Shown here one piece after another: positions 16,826 to 26,827 of a stretch of 64,000 nucleotides of DNA; positions within the stretch are counted from its first letter, which is position 1; the number at the start of each line of letters is the position of its first letter. A program made the position numbers and the translations under genes. The notes under the pieces were generated by a model. That model made no database searches and was not told where the DNA came from. It saw nothing but the letters and a program-made list of their open reading frames with translations. The DNA comes from Pirellulales bacterium (GTDB taxonomy: Bacteria; Planctomycetota; Planctomycetia; Pirellulales; JBFWUW01), in NCBI GenBank assembly GCA_050247075.1, contig JBFWUW010000029.1, positions 9,198-73,197 of the forward strand. Reading direction: 5' to 3'.

Positions 16826-18904
16826 ATGGCGAGTCAACGACCCATTTGGGGCATCGATATTGGTCAAAGCGCGCTCAAAGCGCTGCGTTGCGTCCCCAGT
16901 GATGATCCCAACAAAATCACCGCGGACGCCTTCGACTACATCGAGTATCCCAAGATCCTCAGCCAGCCCGAGGCCGATCCGGTCGAACTGGTGCGCGAGG
17001 CTTTGGAAACCTTCTTGTCGCGGAACAGCGTCAAGGGGGATCGCGTGGCGATCAGCGTGCCGGGCCAGAACGGCCTGATGCGGTTTGTCAAATTGCCGCC
17101 GGTCGAATCCAAGAAAATTCCCGATATCGTTAAGTTCGAGGCCAAGCAGCAGATTCCCTTCGCGCTAGAAGACGTGGTGTGGGGCTACCAGACGATGGCC
17201 GGCGGAACCGAGGCCGAGGGATTTGTGTTGGAGACCGAGGTCGGCTTGTTCGCCATGAAGCGCGAACAAGTCGCCAAAGCCCTCCGCCCGTTCAAGGACG
17301 CGGGCATAGAAATTGACATGGTGCAATTGGCGCCGCTGTCATTGTTCAATGTCATGGCGTTCGACCAGATGCCCGACCTGCCGCCTCCCGATCTGTACGA
17401 CCCAGAGAACCCCGGCGAGTCGCTGGTGGTGTTGTCGATGGGGACTGACACGACCGACCTGGTGGTGACGAACGGCTTTCGTATCTGGCAGCGCAGCGTG
17501 CCGGTGGGGGGCAACCACTTCACTAAGGCCATGACCAAGGAGCTCAAGCTGACCTTTGCCAAGGCGGAACACCTGAAGCGCAACGCCTCGCACGCGGAAG
17601 ATGCCAAGGCCGTGTTTCAGGCCATGCGGCCCGTTTTTTCGGACATGGTTACGGAAGTGCAGCGTTCGATCGGCTTCTTCACCAACATCGACCGCAAAGC
17701 CAAGATCGGCCGTATATTGGCCTTGGGCAACGCCATCAAGCTGCCCGGCTTGCAGCGGTTCTTGGCCCAAAACCTGGGGGTCGAGGTTGACCGGCTGGAG
17801 ACCTTCCCCGGCTTGGAAGGGGCCGCCGTCCTCGACGCGCCAACGTTCAAGGAAAACATCCCCGCCTTTGCCGTGGCTTACGGCATGTGCCTGCAAGGCC
17901 TGCGGCCGGTACGGGTTAAGACCAATCTGATCCCGCCGGAAATCGTGCAAGAGCGGCTGATTCGTTCAAAAAAGCCTTGGGCGGTGGCCGCCGCCGCCAT
18001 GCTGATGGCCGGATTGGCCTTTAGCTTTTTGGGAAACTACCTGGCCTGGAACTCCGTGCACAAAGATTATTGGGGCACGGGCATGGCCCAGTCAGACTCC
18101 GTAAACACGCAGGCTAGCGGCTTCGTTACAGCCTACAACGGCGAAAAGGACAAATTCAAAAGCACCGAGCGAGTCGGTGCCAATTTGATCCACAACGTCG
18201 AGGGACGCGTGCTGTGGTTGGAAGTCTTGCGCGGCATTAGCGCGGCATTGCCAGTCGGCCCACCGCTGGACATGTCGGAAGATGTGTCGGGGAATCCTTC
18301 GCTGCAGATCACGCAGATTGAATGCCAGCGATTTGAAAAGCTGGAAGACGAGTGGTTCAAGTCTACGTCGCAATTCTATCGCAACCCCAATCCACCTCCC
18401 GAACCAATGCCGGGTGCGCCCGCCCCCGCTGGCGGCAACGCGGCTGATACCGGCCCCAAGGGACCGGGCTGGGTCTTTCAGTTGGTGGGCCACCACTATC
18501 ACAACGCCAACCGCGGCAACGAGCCGATCGGTATCGAACACGTCTACCAAACTCTCATTAAATCCCTGCATGAGAAAGAGATCAACGGTGTTCCGGTGGG
18601 TGACTTGGGGATTGGCTACGCCACGATTGTAGATCCGGGGCCCGTCGACATGGATTACATGGTAGAAGTTCCCGACCTGGATGGCGAAGCCCAGCCTGCG
18701 GAGGACAATCAGCGCGGTGCCGGCGGCTTGGGCAATTTTGGCATCGGCGGCGGTGCCGGTCGAAAAGAGAAAAAAAACATGCGCAAGCAGCCGCGGTTTG
18801 ATTTCGTGGTCCAGTTTAGCTGGATCGAAACACCCAAGAATAAGCGCAATCCAACTCCGTCTGCACCCGCTGCCGACCCGGTAGCTGCACTGCCGGCCCG
18901 TTGA
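16826..18904 (+). CDS. PilM-PilN fusion protein (actin-like ATPase domain + INLLP-type linker + TM + large extracytoplasmic domain); GspL-like topology
   Basis: The N-terminal ~360 aa are PilM-like (IWGIDIGQSALKAL..., LSMGTDTTDLVV, GNAIKLPGLQRFL). TNLIPPEIV at 17921-17947 resembles the PilN N-terminal INLLP motif. It is followed by a TM helix (17978-18046) and ~285 further residues. Confidence 0.75.
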   Translation: MASQRPIWGIDIGQSALKALRCVPSDDPNKITADAFDYIEYPKILSQPEADPVELVREALETFLSRNSVKGDRVAISVPGQNGLMRFVKLPPVESKKIPDIVKFEAKQQIPFALEDVVWGYQTMAGGTEAEGFVLETEVGLFAMKREQVAKALRPFKDAGIEIDMVQLAPLSLFNVMAFDQMPDLPPPDLYDPENPGESLVVLSMGTDTTDLVVTNGFRIWQRSVPVGGNHFTKAMTKELKLTFAKAEHLKRNASHAEDAKAVFQAMRPVFSDMVTEVQRSIGFFTNIDRKAKIGRILALGNAIKLPGLQRFLAQNLGVEVDRLETFPGLEGAAVLDAPTFKENIPAFAVAYGMCLQGLRPVRVKTNLIPPEIVQERLIRSKKPWAVAAAAMLMAGLAFSFLGNYLAWNSVHKDYWGTGMAQSDSVNTQASGFVTAYNGEKDKFKSTERVGANLIHNVEGRVLWLEVLRGISAALPVGPPLDMSEDVSGNPSLQITQIECQRFEKLEDEWFKSTSQFYRNPNPPPEPMPGAPAPAGGNAADTGPKGPGWVFQLVGHHYHNANRGNEPIGIEHVYQTLIKSLHEKEINGVPVGDLGIGYATIVDPGPVDMDYMVEVPDLDGEAQPAEDNQRGAGGLGNFGIGGGAGRKEKKNMRKQPRFDFVVQFSWIETPKNKRNPTPSAPAADPVAALPAR

Positions 18905-19009
18905 TGGCACGAACTTTGATGGCCTGCATGGGCCTGGCGACATTTTCTTGAATAACAGGCCTGAAGAAGGCCCAACACAACAACCCGCAAGCACAGACGA
19001 GCAATATTT

Positions 19010-20659
19010 ATGGACGCTCAACAGGTTCTCACGCAAGTCAAGAAGCACCATTTTTGGATCATCAGCGCTATCGTCGTGGTGGTGGTCACGGTCTGCTGGT
19101 ATTTGGCGGTCGGCACGCTGATGGATGGGTACAAGTCGGGCGCGGCGGTGATCGACGGCAAATACGCCCAAATGACCAAGGTCAGCGGCACCCCTAATCA
19201 CCCCAATGAGAAGTTCGCCGAGGGGGTCAAGGCGGAACACGCCGTGTTGCAAAAAGCCACGCTTTTGGCTTGGGAGAAGCTCTTTGCCGAACAGAAGGAA
19301 GTGTTGGTCTGGCCCGAGATTGGCAACGCCGAATTCATCCGAGTCGTCCCCAATCTCAAGCCAGAAGAAGAGATTCCGGCCCGGCTGCGCGAGCAGTACA
19401 TGAACTTCATCCGCGACTATATCCCCAAGGAAATGTTCGCCATCGTCGATATGCGCGACCTGGTGGAGGTTAAGCGCCGCGGAGCCGATCGTGGCGGCCG
19501 GCGGCCGGGCGGTCCCATGGCGGGCGGAGCCGCGGGTGGGGCCTTGATGGGCGGCAGTGGACAGCCCGAAGGCATGGAGTATCGGGGACTTGTGTCCTGG
19601 GACAAGAACCATCGCTCCAAACTGCTCGACAACTACACCTGGCGCAGCTTGCCATCCACCAAACAGGTCCGCTATGCACAAGAAGACTTGTGGATTTACG
19701 AGGCCATGTTGCGGGTCATCGCCAAGACAAACGAAGGCGTTACCGAACACATGTTTGCCAACGTCAAACGCATCAACGCCCTCGATCTGGGTGCCGAGGC
19801 CAGCAAGGCCTACAACAGCAGCCTGAAAGGGGCTAGTAGCTCCGGGATGGGCGCGGCCCTAGCTGCTGCACCAGGCGCTGCCCCGGGTACGCCCGGTGCC
19901 AGTGCGGCGGGAACCGCCCCCACTTCCGCCGATGAACTGCTCGACGACTTACGCTTTGTCGACGACAAGTACGTACCGCTGCCGGCGGGTGCCAATCCGC
20001 CTTACGCCGAGTTCAAGAATATCCCAGTCCGATTCTCGTTAATCATCAATCAAAACAAAATTACCGACCTACTGGCGCATTGCGCCAATTCGCCGTTGGC
20101 CATCGAAATCCGCCGCGTGCGGGTGAATCCGGGTCCCGGCGGAATTTTCAAGGCCGAAGGGCCGTCCATGGGTGCCAGCTCCAGCCCGACCGCCGGCGGC
20201 CCGCGGGGTGCTAGTGGTCCGGTAGGGGCCGCCGCCAAGCTCCAGGCATCGCAGGGCGGCAGCGGCCGCGACCAAGCCAGGCAAGCCCGCGGCGCGGGCG
20301 GAGAGACCGAAATCAGCGGTAACGATGTGGAACTTGAAGTCTTCGGACTGGTGTACATCTTTAATCAACCTGACCGCGCCAAGCTGGGTGCCGGCAGCGA
20401 AACGCCGGTTGTACCCCCTGCCGACCCGGCTGCGGCGCCGGTTGATCCGGCTGCGGCTCCTGGCCAGGATCCCGCCGCGCAGCCTGCCCCCGCCGACGAC
20501 CAGCCCGCGGCCGTGCCGCCTGAAGGTGTCGCCCCCGCGGACGGCGCAGCGCCGGCCGATCCGGCAGCCGGAGATGCCCCCGCGGACGATCCAGCCGCGG
20601 ACGACGCTGCTACACCCGCGGACGCCACCGTCGATCCGCCCGCCGCGCCAGACCCGTAG
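19010..20659 (+). CDS. Single-pass membrane protein, Gly-rich insert and Pro/Ala-rich tail; possible PilO/GspM-position partner
   Basis: N-terminal TM HHFWIISAIVVVVVTVCWYLAVG. Gly/Met-rich RRPGGPMAGGAAGGALMGGSG. C-terminal PA(D)-rich tail at about 20404-20656. Position is directly after the PilM-N fusion. Confidence 0.65.
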   Translation: MDAQQVLTQVKKHHFWIISAIVVVVVTVCWYLAVGTLMDGYKSGAAVIDGKYAQMTKVSGTPNHPNEKFAEGVKAEHAVLQKATLLAWEKLFAEQKEVLVWPEIGNAEFIRVVPNLKPEEEIPARLREQYMNFIRDYIPKEMFAIVDMRDLVEVKRRGADRGGRRPGGPMAGGAAGGALMGGSGQPEGMEYRGLVSWDKNHRSKLLDNYTWRSLPSTKQVRYAQEDLWIYEAMLRVIAKTNEGVTEHMFANVKRINALDLGAEASKAYNSSLKGASSSGMGAALAAAPGAAPGTPGASAAGTAPTSADELLDDLRFVDDKYVPLPAGANPPYAEFKNIPVRFSLIINQNKITDLLAHCANSPLAIEIRRVRVNPGPGGIFKAEGPSMGASSSPTAGGPRGASGPVGAAAKLQASQGGSGRDQARQARGAGGETEISGNDVELEVFGLVYIFNQPDRAKLGAGSETPVVPPADPAAAPVDPAAAPGQDPAAQPAPADDQPAAVPPEGVAPADGAAPADPAAGDAPADDPAADDAATPADATVDPPAAPDP

Positions 20660-20754
20660 GAATTGCGCTTGGATTGCCAAGTTCCCGGCCCACAAGACGA
20701 TATCACTGAACCCAACCACGTTGCTCAGCAAGCCCAGGCCATCAGGAGGCTGCC

Positions 20755-22593
20755 ATGAAACTTAACGGCGAGACGATTAAGTCTTTCTTTTTGCATCACG
20801 GCGAAAAGCTGGTATTTGCCGCCGTGGCCGCCGTCTTGGTGGGCGGGGGGTATGCGCTGGTGACGCACGAGTCGTATCAAAAGACCCCGCAATCATTGGT
20901 CCAGGCCAGTGAATCGGCCCGCAAGTACGTGCAAGAAGTGACTTGGGACGCCGCCCGCGAGCAAGTCGTGGTGGTCGATCCCAACAAGGCCATCGACAAC
21001 GACCGGCCCAAGCTCGATCCGAAGGACTGGATTCTTGTTACGGCTCCAACGTCTGGAGGCGAAACCATCGGCAAAGCCCGGCCGCAGCCCGAACTGCTAG
21101 CCCCGATCGAGTTGGAGGTCACCTATGGCTTTGGGCCGATTGCCTTGATGCCCAAAGAGAAAAAAGGGGGCAAAGGGCGCGGCCCTGGCCAGTTGCGGCC
21201 AGGCGCGGCTGGGCCGGGGAGGGGAGGTTCGGGCAAGAAGGGTACGGCTGGCGTCGATGTCCCCGCGAACAGTGATATTAGCGGTTACCACTATGTTTGC
21301 CTGCGGGCTGTCGTTCCCGCCAAGGACCAATCCACGGCCTTCGCCAGGGCATTTCTTGGCGCTCGATTCACCGACCCCAAGACCGACGAAGTCCGTTACG
21401 AAAATTTTGTCGTCGAGCGTGCCAAGGTCGATCCCGACGATCCGGCCAAGCTGGACTGGCAGCCGATCAAAACGGTGGAAGTCAGCAAGGTAGAACGCTG
21501 GCCCAAGACCGCCCGCGAGGTCGTTCCCTATGAGGCACTCGATGAAAAGCTCACTTCGCCGCTCCCTCCGCTGCTAACACGCGATTGGGGCTTTGAAGTT
21601 GCCCACTCGCGCTGGCCCATTATGCAAGACGAATCGCAATTGGACGAAGAAGAAGCGGAAGAGGAGGATGCGGAGGACGAAGACGAAGACGAAGACGAAG
21701 AGGATATGGACGACGAAGAGGACGAGCCAGCCGCGGCGGCCCCACGACGGCCTCGCGGCGGTGGGCGCGGTGCGGGCGGAGGTGGTCCCGGCATGGCGGG
21801 AGGGCCAGCCGGCATGGCGGGGCCTGGCATGCGCAACACGGGCACACCGCATGGCACGGGGCACGCGGCCGATGAGGATTTTCTGTTCCGATTCTTCGAT
21901 TTCACCGTCAAGCCTAAAGAGCATTACGTTTATCGCATCGCTCTCAAGCTCGCCAATCCCAACTACGGCCTGCACCGGCGGCATCTGGAAGATCCCGATC
22001 TCGCCAAGGACCGCCTGATTACCGGTCCCGCCAGCGGACCGTCGCGGACCATCGAGATTCCCAGCGAAATGTACTTCCGTGCGGCCGAGGCCAAGCCCGC
22101 GCGTGGCTCGAACGAGCCGTACATCAAGGCCATGGTGGTGGTGCTGGATAACGACTTGGGCATTCTGGTCAGCCACAAACAAGACAAAGTCGTCCGCGGA
22201 CAAGTCTTGGACTTTGCCAAGGAACTGAAGTCGGTCGAAAACCCCAAGACCGGTGAGTGGGAGGAGAAGGAATACGACTTTACCTCTGGCGCGGTCTTGG
22301 TAGACATGCGGGGCGGATCGCCGCTGCCCATTCCCGGCCGCGGACGCAGCAAGGTTAGCGAGCCTGGCGAAGGCCTCTTCCTGGACAAGAACGGCGTACT
22401 GGTCACGCACGGCGAATTGCTCGAAGCTCCCGAGTTCGCGGAATTTGGCGCGGCTGTGGATGAAGACGATACGTCGGAAAGGCCTGGCGCGCTAGGCACG
22501 CCGGGCGGTGCGGAGATGCCCAATGCACCCGGTGCACCGCTGAATCCCTTCGACGAGGTCAACCCCAAGGCACCCACGCGCGGCAATCGCTAG
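20755..22593 (+). CDS. Single-pass membrane protein with polyacidic run and Gly/Arg/Met-rich segment; function unknown
   Basis: AGGAGG at 20743-20748 precedes ATG 20755. TM KLVFAAVAAVLVGGGYALV. Acidic run DEEEAEEEDAEDEDEDEDEEDMDDEEDE followed by RRPRGGGRGAGGGGPGMAGGPAGMAGPGM (21643-21833). Confidence 0.65.
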   Translation: MKLNGETIKSFFLHHGEKLVFAAVAAVLVGGGYALVTHESYQKTPQSLVQASESARKYVQEVTWDAAREQVVVVDPNKAIDNDRPKLDPKDWILVTAPTSGGETIGKARPQPELLAPIELEVTYGFGPIALMPKEKKGGKGRGPGQLRPGAAGPGRGGSGKKGTAGVDVPANSDISGYHYVCLRAVVPAKDQSTAFARAFLGARFTDPKTDEVRYENFVVERAKVDPDDPAKLDWQPIKTVEVSKVERWPKTAREVVPYEALDEKLTSPLPPLLTRDWGFEVAHSRWPIMQDESQLDEEEAEEEDAEDEDEDEDEEDMDDEEDEPAAAAPRRPRGGGRGAGGGGPGMAGGPAGMAGPGMRNTGTPHGTGHAADEDFLFRFFDFTVKPKEHYVYRIALKLANPNYGLHRRHLEDPDLAKDRLITGPASGPSRTIEIPSEMYFRAAEAKPARGSNEPYIKAMVVVLDNDLGILVSHKQDKVVRGQVLDFAKELKSVENPKTGEWEEKEYDFTSGAVLVDMRGGSPLPIPGRGRSKVSEPGEGLFLDKNGVLVTHGELLEAPEFAEFGAAVDEDDTSERPGALGTPGGAEMPNAPGAPLNPFDEVNPKAPTRGNR

Positions 22594-22994
22594 GATTGCT
22601 GACGAGAGCGGATTATCAACCGCGGCGTTTCCGGGATCGGATGGTCCAAGCGGCCTGTTGTTTACACATAACTCTGGCAGCGGCCTGGGGCGAAAGCTAG
22701 CCAGGAGGTGGTGAGGTCTTGCATGCGGCGCTGGCCTCCCCAGATCGGTTGTGGTAGCCGCCGAGTTGAGCGAGCAGCTTCATAACCTCGGAAAGCCGAG
22801 GCGGAGACTTTGCAACGGTTGTTTCCTGACGACAAGCCAGACTGGCTTCCATTCAGCGTCGTCGATCACGGCCACTAAAGGTAGCGTCCCGGCTCCCTGA
22901 ATGCCTATCGTCACGGTATGGATAGCCGTTCAACGCTGTCAGAGGCAGCAACTACAGTCATATGCGGCTGCGGGGCGGTTTCCCATTCGATACC

Positions 22995-25310
22995 CTAGCG
23001 GCTTTCGACCTTGGCCCAGAAGGGGTGCAGGCGGTCACCGCGCGAGCGGACATCTTCCAGTAGCACGCTCGACTCTGGCTGAATGAACGATTCGCGGGTG
23101 ATTTTGGAACCGTTGAACGTCACCTGCGACCTACGCTTAAAGTCGATCAATTCCGGCGTCAGCCAGACAATCACGCTCTTGGCACCCGCCGATATCGTTA
23201 GCGTGTTGTTTTCATTGATACGGCCCTTCATGACCGCTTCTCGCGTGCCGCGTGTCGGCGGCCACTCGTCCACCATGGCTTTGTCGGGCAGGCCCGATGC
23301 CTCCAGCCACCAGAAGAAATGGTCAGTCTCGCGCATTGTCACGCACTCAAACTCCTTGGGGTAGAAGTCCCTTCGCGTGCGGCCCATCCAGTCGAACAGG
23401 TTCAAAATCTCGTCGGAGAAATGCTCGTGCCCGCGGCCCAGGAATTCGGCGATAATGATCGGAAAGCCATACCGAAAGTAACGGTCCAATTCGGCATAGT
23501 TGACCACCGTCTTGTCGCCGTCTAACTCGCCACAGACAAAATAGATGGGAAGATTGCGGGCATTCTTGTAGTAGCGGGCGATGAATTTATCCGAAAGGGC
23601 CACCACCGGAATCACGCCGGCCCACAGATCGGGATGTGCCAGGCCGATATCCCAGGCGGCGGTTCCCCCCATGGAATGGCCCGACAGGAAGACATGGTCC
23701 GTGTCGATGGAAAAACGGCGGCAGGCATCGCGCAGCGAGGCCAGCACGCAGGCATGTTCACGCGCTGAAAACTCGTATTCTTTTTGATGGTCGCGGGCCC
23801 AGCGGGGAGCGATCGTGATGTAGCCATGACGGGCGGCTTGCCCGCGAGGCAGGCCGTCCTCACCGCGCGAGCCAGCCCACCAATCGACTTGCTGTTGAGG
23901 CATCGTACCGGCGCCGTGCAGCGTGACAACAGCCGGATAACTGCGGTAGGGGCTGTACTCGGGGGGTAACTGCACCAAGTAAGAAATCGGTGTTTCGTCC
24001 CCCTGCACCGATAGTTCCAACTCATAAAAGCCGGGGACTTCGGGCGTGGGCGTGGCCAATGGCGGCGTCATGTGGGCCAGCAGCCCCGCCAATGTCTCTG
24101 GGTCAGAGCCTTCCTTGGATTCCAACCCTTTGAGGATCTTTTCGCGTTCGACGATCGTCTCCACATTCATGTACTTGACGACTTCGTCGCGAACATCGTA
24201 GGTCGAAAGGGCTACCGACAAATTGCGGCCCGAGGCGTTTGATCCCAGCAGCCAGCCGCTGACTGCCAGAGCCAGCTTTTCCTCGGCGAGCAGCTTTTCG
24301 TCGCCTTGGGCTTGCCGATAGGCGGCAAAGCGGTCGAGCGTGTGGATATTAAGGTTCGACTTGATCTCCTGGACGATCGGCTCCAAACGCGACTTTTGGG
24401 CGGCATCCGCCACTTGTTCCACATGCCCGTCGATGGCCTGCACCACCTGTTGCCCCAGCGTTTGCAGGCCGTTGTACTCGGTCAGCTTCTCGCGGACCTC
24501 TTGCAGAATCTCGCCAGCGACATCGTCCGACGGAAAGTGCTCCAAAATGGAGTACGCCAACTGGTGCCGGCCGGCCGAGGCATAGACATCGGCCTCGCCC
24601 AGCAGGCGGCGGGCACCCATCTGCGCCAGAGATTGCCGGGCCGGCTTGAGCTGCGCGGCCTCTTCGGGAAAATCGGCCAGCACGGCGTCTAGCTCGTCCT
24701 TGGCATCGCGAGAGCGTTCGCTTTGCAGATACAGCCGCACGATCTGCAGCCGTTGGTTGATGTTTTTTGGATCGATGTGGGTATGCAACACCTTGCTGAG
24801 CGTGTCGCGCGGAATGGAACTGGTGGCCAGGCGGGTTTCCCAGATAAAGTCCTTCAACGAAACGGCCTCGGTCCAGGTGGGAGTAATCGTCGTAATGCCT
24901 TGAATGACGTTGATGATGCCCGTCGCATTGACCAGATCGATCCGCCGGCGGCCAAAGTCGTCAAACGCACCTAGCTTGGCTATGGGGCCAATCGCGGCAA
25001 TTTTTCGGCCGTTTTCTGGCACGGATTGGCGAATGATAAACCGCTCTTGCCGCTCGCCGGCGTCCCCCTCTTTGACCTCTTGAATCATCTTTTGCGGAAT
25101 AAAGTACCGCCGCAGCCCGTCGTCGATGAGCACGATGGAACCGGGCGCCTGCTTCCCCTTGTTCTTGAGGCTATCGAGCTGGCCGATCTTGCCCTTGATT
25201 GTGCGACCGTCCTTGAGCGTCAGCGTGGCTGACTGCGCTGTGGCCCATGGAAACGCCAGCAAGCATGCGGCGACGATACAAGTTCCTAGTCCAAGGCCAT
25301 TTCGCGACAT
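22995..25310 (-). CDS. Secreted protein with C-terminal alpha/beta-hydrolase (esterase/peptidase-like) domain
   Basis: Signal-like MSRNGLGLGTCIVAACLLAFPWATAQS from ATG 25310. VVTLHGAGT... and the nucleophile elbow FLSGHSMGGTAAW in the C-terminal third. Confidence 0.75.
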   Translation of the reverse strand: MSRNGLGLGTCIVAACLLAFPWATAQSATLTLKDGRTIKGKIGQLDSLKNKGKQAPGSIVLIDDGLRRYFIPQKMIQEVKEGDAGERQERFIIRQSVPENGRKIAAIGPIAKLGAFDDFGRRRIDLVNATGIINVIQGITTITPTWTEAVSLKDFIWETRLATSSIPRDTLSKVLHTHIDPKNINQRLQIVRLYLQSERSRDAKDELDAVLADFPEEAAQLKPARQSLAQMGARRLLGEADVYASAGRHQLAYSILEHFPSDDVAGEILQEVREKLTEYNGLQTLGQQVVQAIDGHVEQVADAAQKSRLEPIVQEIKSNLNIHTLDRFAAYRQAQGDEKLLAEEKLALAVSGWLLGSNASGRNLSVALSTYDVRDEVVKYMNVETIVEREKILKGLESKEGSDPETLAGLLAHMTPPLATPTPEVPGFYELELSVQGDETPISYLVQLPPEYSPYRSYPAVVTLHGAGTMPQQQVDWWAGSRGEDGLPRGQAARHGYITIAPRWARDHQKEYEFSAREHACVLASLRDACRRFSIDTDHVFLSGHSMGGTAAWDIGLAHPDLWAGVIPVVALSDKFIARYYKNARNLPIYFVCGELDGDKTVVNYAELDRYFRYGFPIIIAEFLGRGHEHFSDEILNLFDWMGRTRRDFYPKEFECVTMRETDHFFWWLEASGLPDKAMVDEWPPTRGTREAVMKGRINENNTLTISAGAKSVIVWLTPELIDFKRRSQVTFNGSKITRESFIQPESSVLLEDVRSRGDRLHPFWAKVESR

Positions 25311-25532
25311 GCAGGGCTCCCAAAAAGTACGAGCCATAAGATGTGAATAACGGTACCGAGGCCAGACCGACCGGGCCCGTTCATTTCATTGTGCCCCTGT
25401 ACGGCTGTAAGTCAATGATAGCTCGCGGTTTGCCGCACTTGCCGCCCATGGTTGACAAGCCTTGAAGATGCCTGCTACGTTCGCGGCTATCCACCGGGGG
25501 CTAATTTCCATCTCAACCGAACGCCAACAACC

Positions 25533-25766
25533 ATGTTGCGACGCACGCTGCCACTTTTGGTCGGGCTGGCCGCTGGCCTGCCGGTGGTGATTTGCGTGCT
25601 GGCCGGGCTGGCCCGGTTGATGGCGGGCCTGGGCGATACAACCGGCGCGATTGTCATAGACCGCCTGGCCCTGGCGGCGGGTGCCGTGTGGATCGTCGGG
25701 CTGATCTTTCTGGTGATTACGCAAGGCATCGACGCCATCAACCGCGGCCGCCCACCCGAAGAGTAG
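25533..25766 (+). CDS. Small two-TM membrane protein (hypothetical)
   Basis: MLRRTLPLLVGLAAGLPVVICVLAGLARL...AAGAVWIVGLIFLVITQGI gives two hydrophobic helices. No homology recognised. Confidence 0.4.
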   Translation: MLRRTLPLLVGLAAGLPVVICVLAGLARLMAGLGDTTGAIVIDRLALAAGAVWIVGLIFLVITQGIDAINRGRPPEE

Positions 25767-25768
25767 CG

Positions 25769-25790
25769 CTGTAGGAGGCGGTTTGCTTTC
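25769..25790 (+). repeat. REP-like unit (CTGTAGGAGGCG core)
   Basis: ctgtaggaggcggtttgctttc, starting 3 nt after the stop of the small membrane-protein ORF. Confidence 0.6.
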
Positions 25791-25934
25791 CGACCGGCCG
25801 GAAGAGGCCGTATCCAACGGCGGCAATCTTTTCTCTCCGCGCCAAATAGTTGCGGAGCGCTAATCCATTCGTAATACTTTTGTTTTCAATTCAACTCGCC
25901 GTTCATGGGCGATTCAGGGCGGAGTGCGGACGTG

Positions 25935-26651
25935 ATGCAGATTTGGCCAGCTATCGACTTGCGCGGTGGAAAGTGCGTTCGCCTGAGGCAGGGCGACTAC
26001 AACCGCGAAACCGTGTTCGACGACGACCCCGCCGCCGTGGCGCGACGGTTCGTGGCGTCGGGTGCCAGGCACTTGCATCTGGTTGATTTGGATGGTGCCC
26101 GACAAGGCCGGCCTGGCAACTTGGAGAGCGTCTGCGCCATTCTGGCCGCGGTCGATATTCCGTGCGAACTTGGCGGCGGCATCCGCGACGAAAAGACCAT
26201 CGCCGAACTGCTCGACTTGGGCCTGTCGCGGCTGGTGATTGGCACCAAGGCTCTCAAGGAACCCGATTGGTTCCAAGAGATGTGCCGCCGTTTTCCCGAC
26301 AAATTGGCCGTGGGGATCGACGCCCGCAATGGCCGCGTGGCGACCGACGGCTGGCTGGAAACCAGCGACGTGCTGGCGACGGAGTTGGTGCAAACGCTGC
26401 TCGAACTTCCCCTGGCGGCGATTATCTACACCGACATTGCCACCGACGGCATGATGGCCGGTCCCAACGTGGCGGCCATGGCCGAGATGCAACGCGCCGT
26501 GAGCATTCCGGTGATTGCATCGGGCGGAGTGACCACGCGCAACGATGTGGCGGCCCTGGCAGCCGTGCCAATGGCGGGCTGCATCGTCGGTCGCGCCTTG
26601 TACGAAGGAACTTTATCGATGGAGGATGCGCTCATCGCGGCAAGAAAGTGA
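25935..26651 (+). CDS. hisA: ProFAR isomerase (1-(5-phosphoribosyl)-5-[(5-phosphoribosylamino)methylideneamino]imidazole-4-carboxamide isomerase)
   Basis: MQIWPAIDLRGGKCVRLRQGDY...HLVDLDGA...ELGGGIR...IYTDIATDGMMAGPN...VIASGGV are HisA signature blocks. ATG 25935 gives the canonical N-terminus. Confidence 0.85.
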   Translation: MQIWPAIDLRGGKCVRLRQGDYNRETVFDDDPAAVARRFVASGARHLHLVDLDGARQGRPGNLESVCAILAAVDIPCELGGGIRDEKTIAELLDLGLSRLVIGTKALKEPDWFQEMCRRFPDKLAVGIDARNGRVATDGWLETSDVLATELVQTLLELPLAAIIYTDIATDGMMAGPNVAAMAEMQRAVSIPVIASGGVTTRNDVAALAAVPMAGCIVGRALYEGTLSMEDALIAARK

Positions 26652-26656
26652 GGAAG

Positions 26657-26677
26657 TTTTCAGTTCTCAGTTCTTGA
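26657..26677. repeat. Heptamer array (TTCTCAG family, reverse complement of CTGAGAA), 3 units
   Basis: ttttcag ttctcag ttcttga, just after the hisA stop. Confidence 0.6.
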
Positions 26678-26749
26678 GCGCGGGCCCCTAGCCAGAATTT
26701 GGCAATTATCCATTTCCGATTTTCCGCCACCCAAGCCAACCAACCGCAT

Positions 26750-26777
26750 ACTGAACACTCACAACTGACAACTGCAT
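26750..26777. repeat. Heptamer array (ACTGACA family), 4 units
   Basis: actgaac actcaca actgaca actgcat, about 50 nt upstream of the EF-G paralogue start. Confidence 0.6.
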
Positions 26778-26827
26778 ACCATGTAAGCGCCCATTGACAC
26801 CCGGCCCACCCTTTCCCAGGAACCACC

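Noticed and set aside
18092-19750. 552-aa ORF on the minus strand
   Set aside because: It is antisense to the end of the PilM-N fusion and the start of the next gene, and it crosses their intergenic spacer. It has no motifs. High-GC shadow ORF.
22594-22994. RNase P RNA, tmRNA, SRP RNA or a cobalamin riboswitch in the convergent gap
   Set aside because: The RNase P-like GAAAGUCCGGGC and ACAGAACCCGGCUUA boxes are not present (only a loose GUCCCGGCUCC). There is no tRNA-like end or tag ORF for tmRNA. There is no downstream gene for a riboswitch. I kept the region only as a low-confidence unexplained region.
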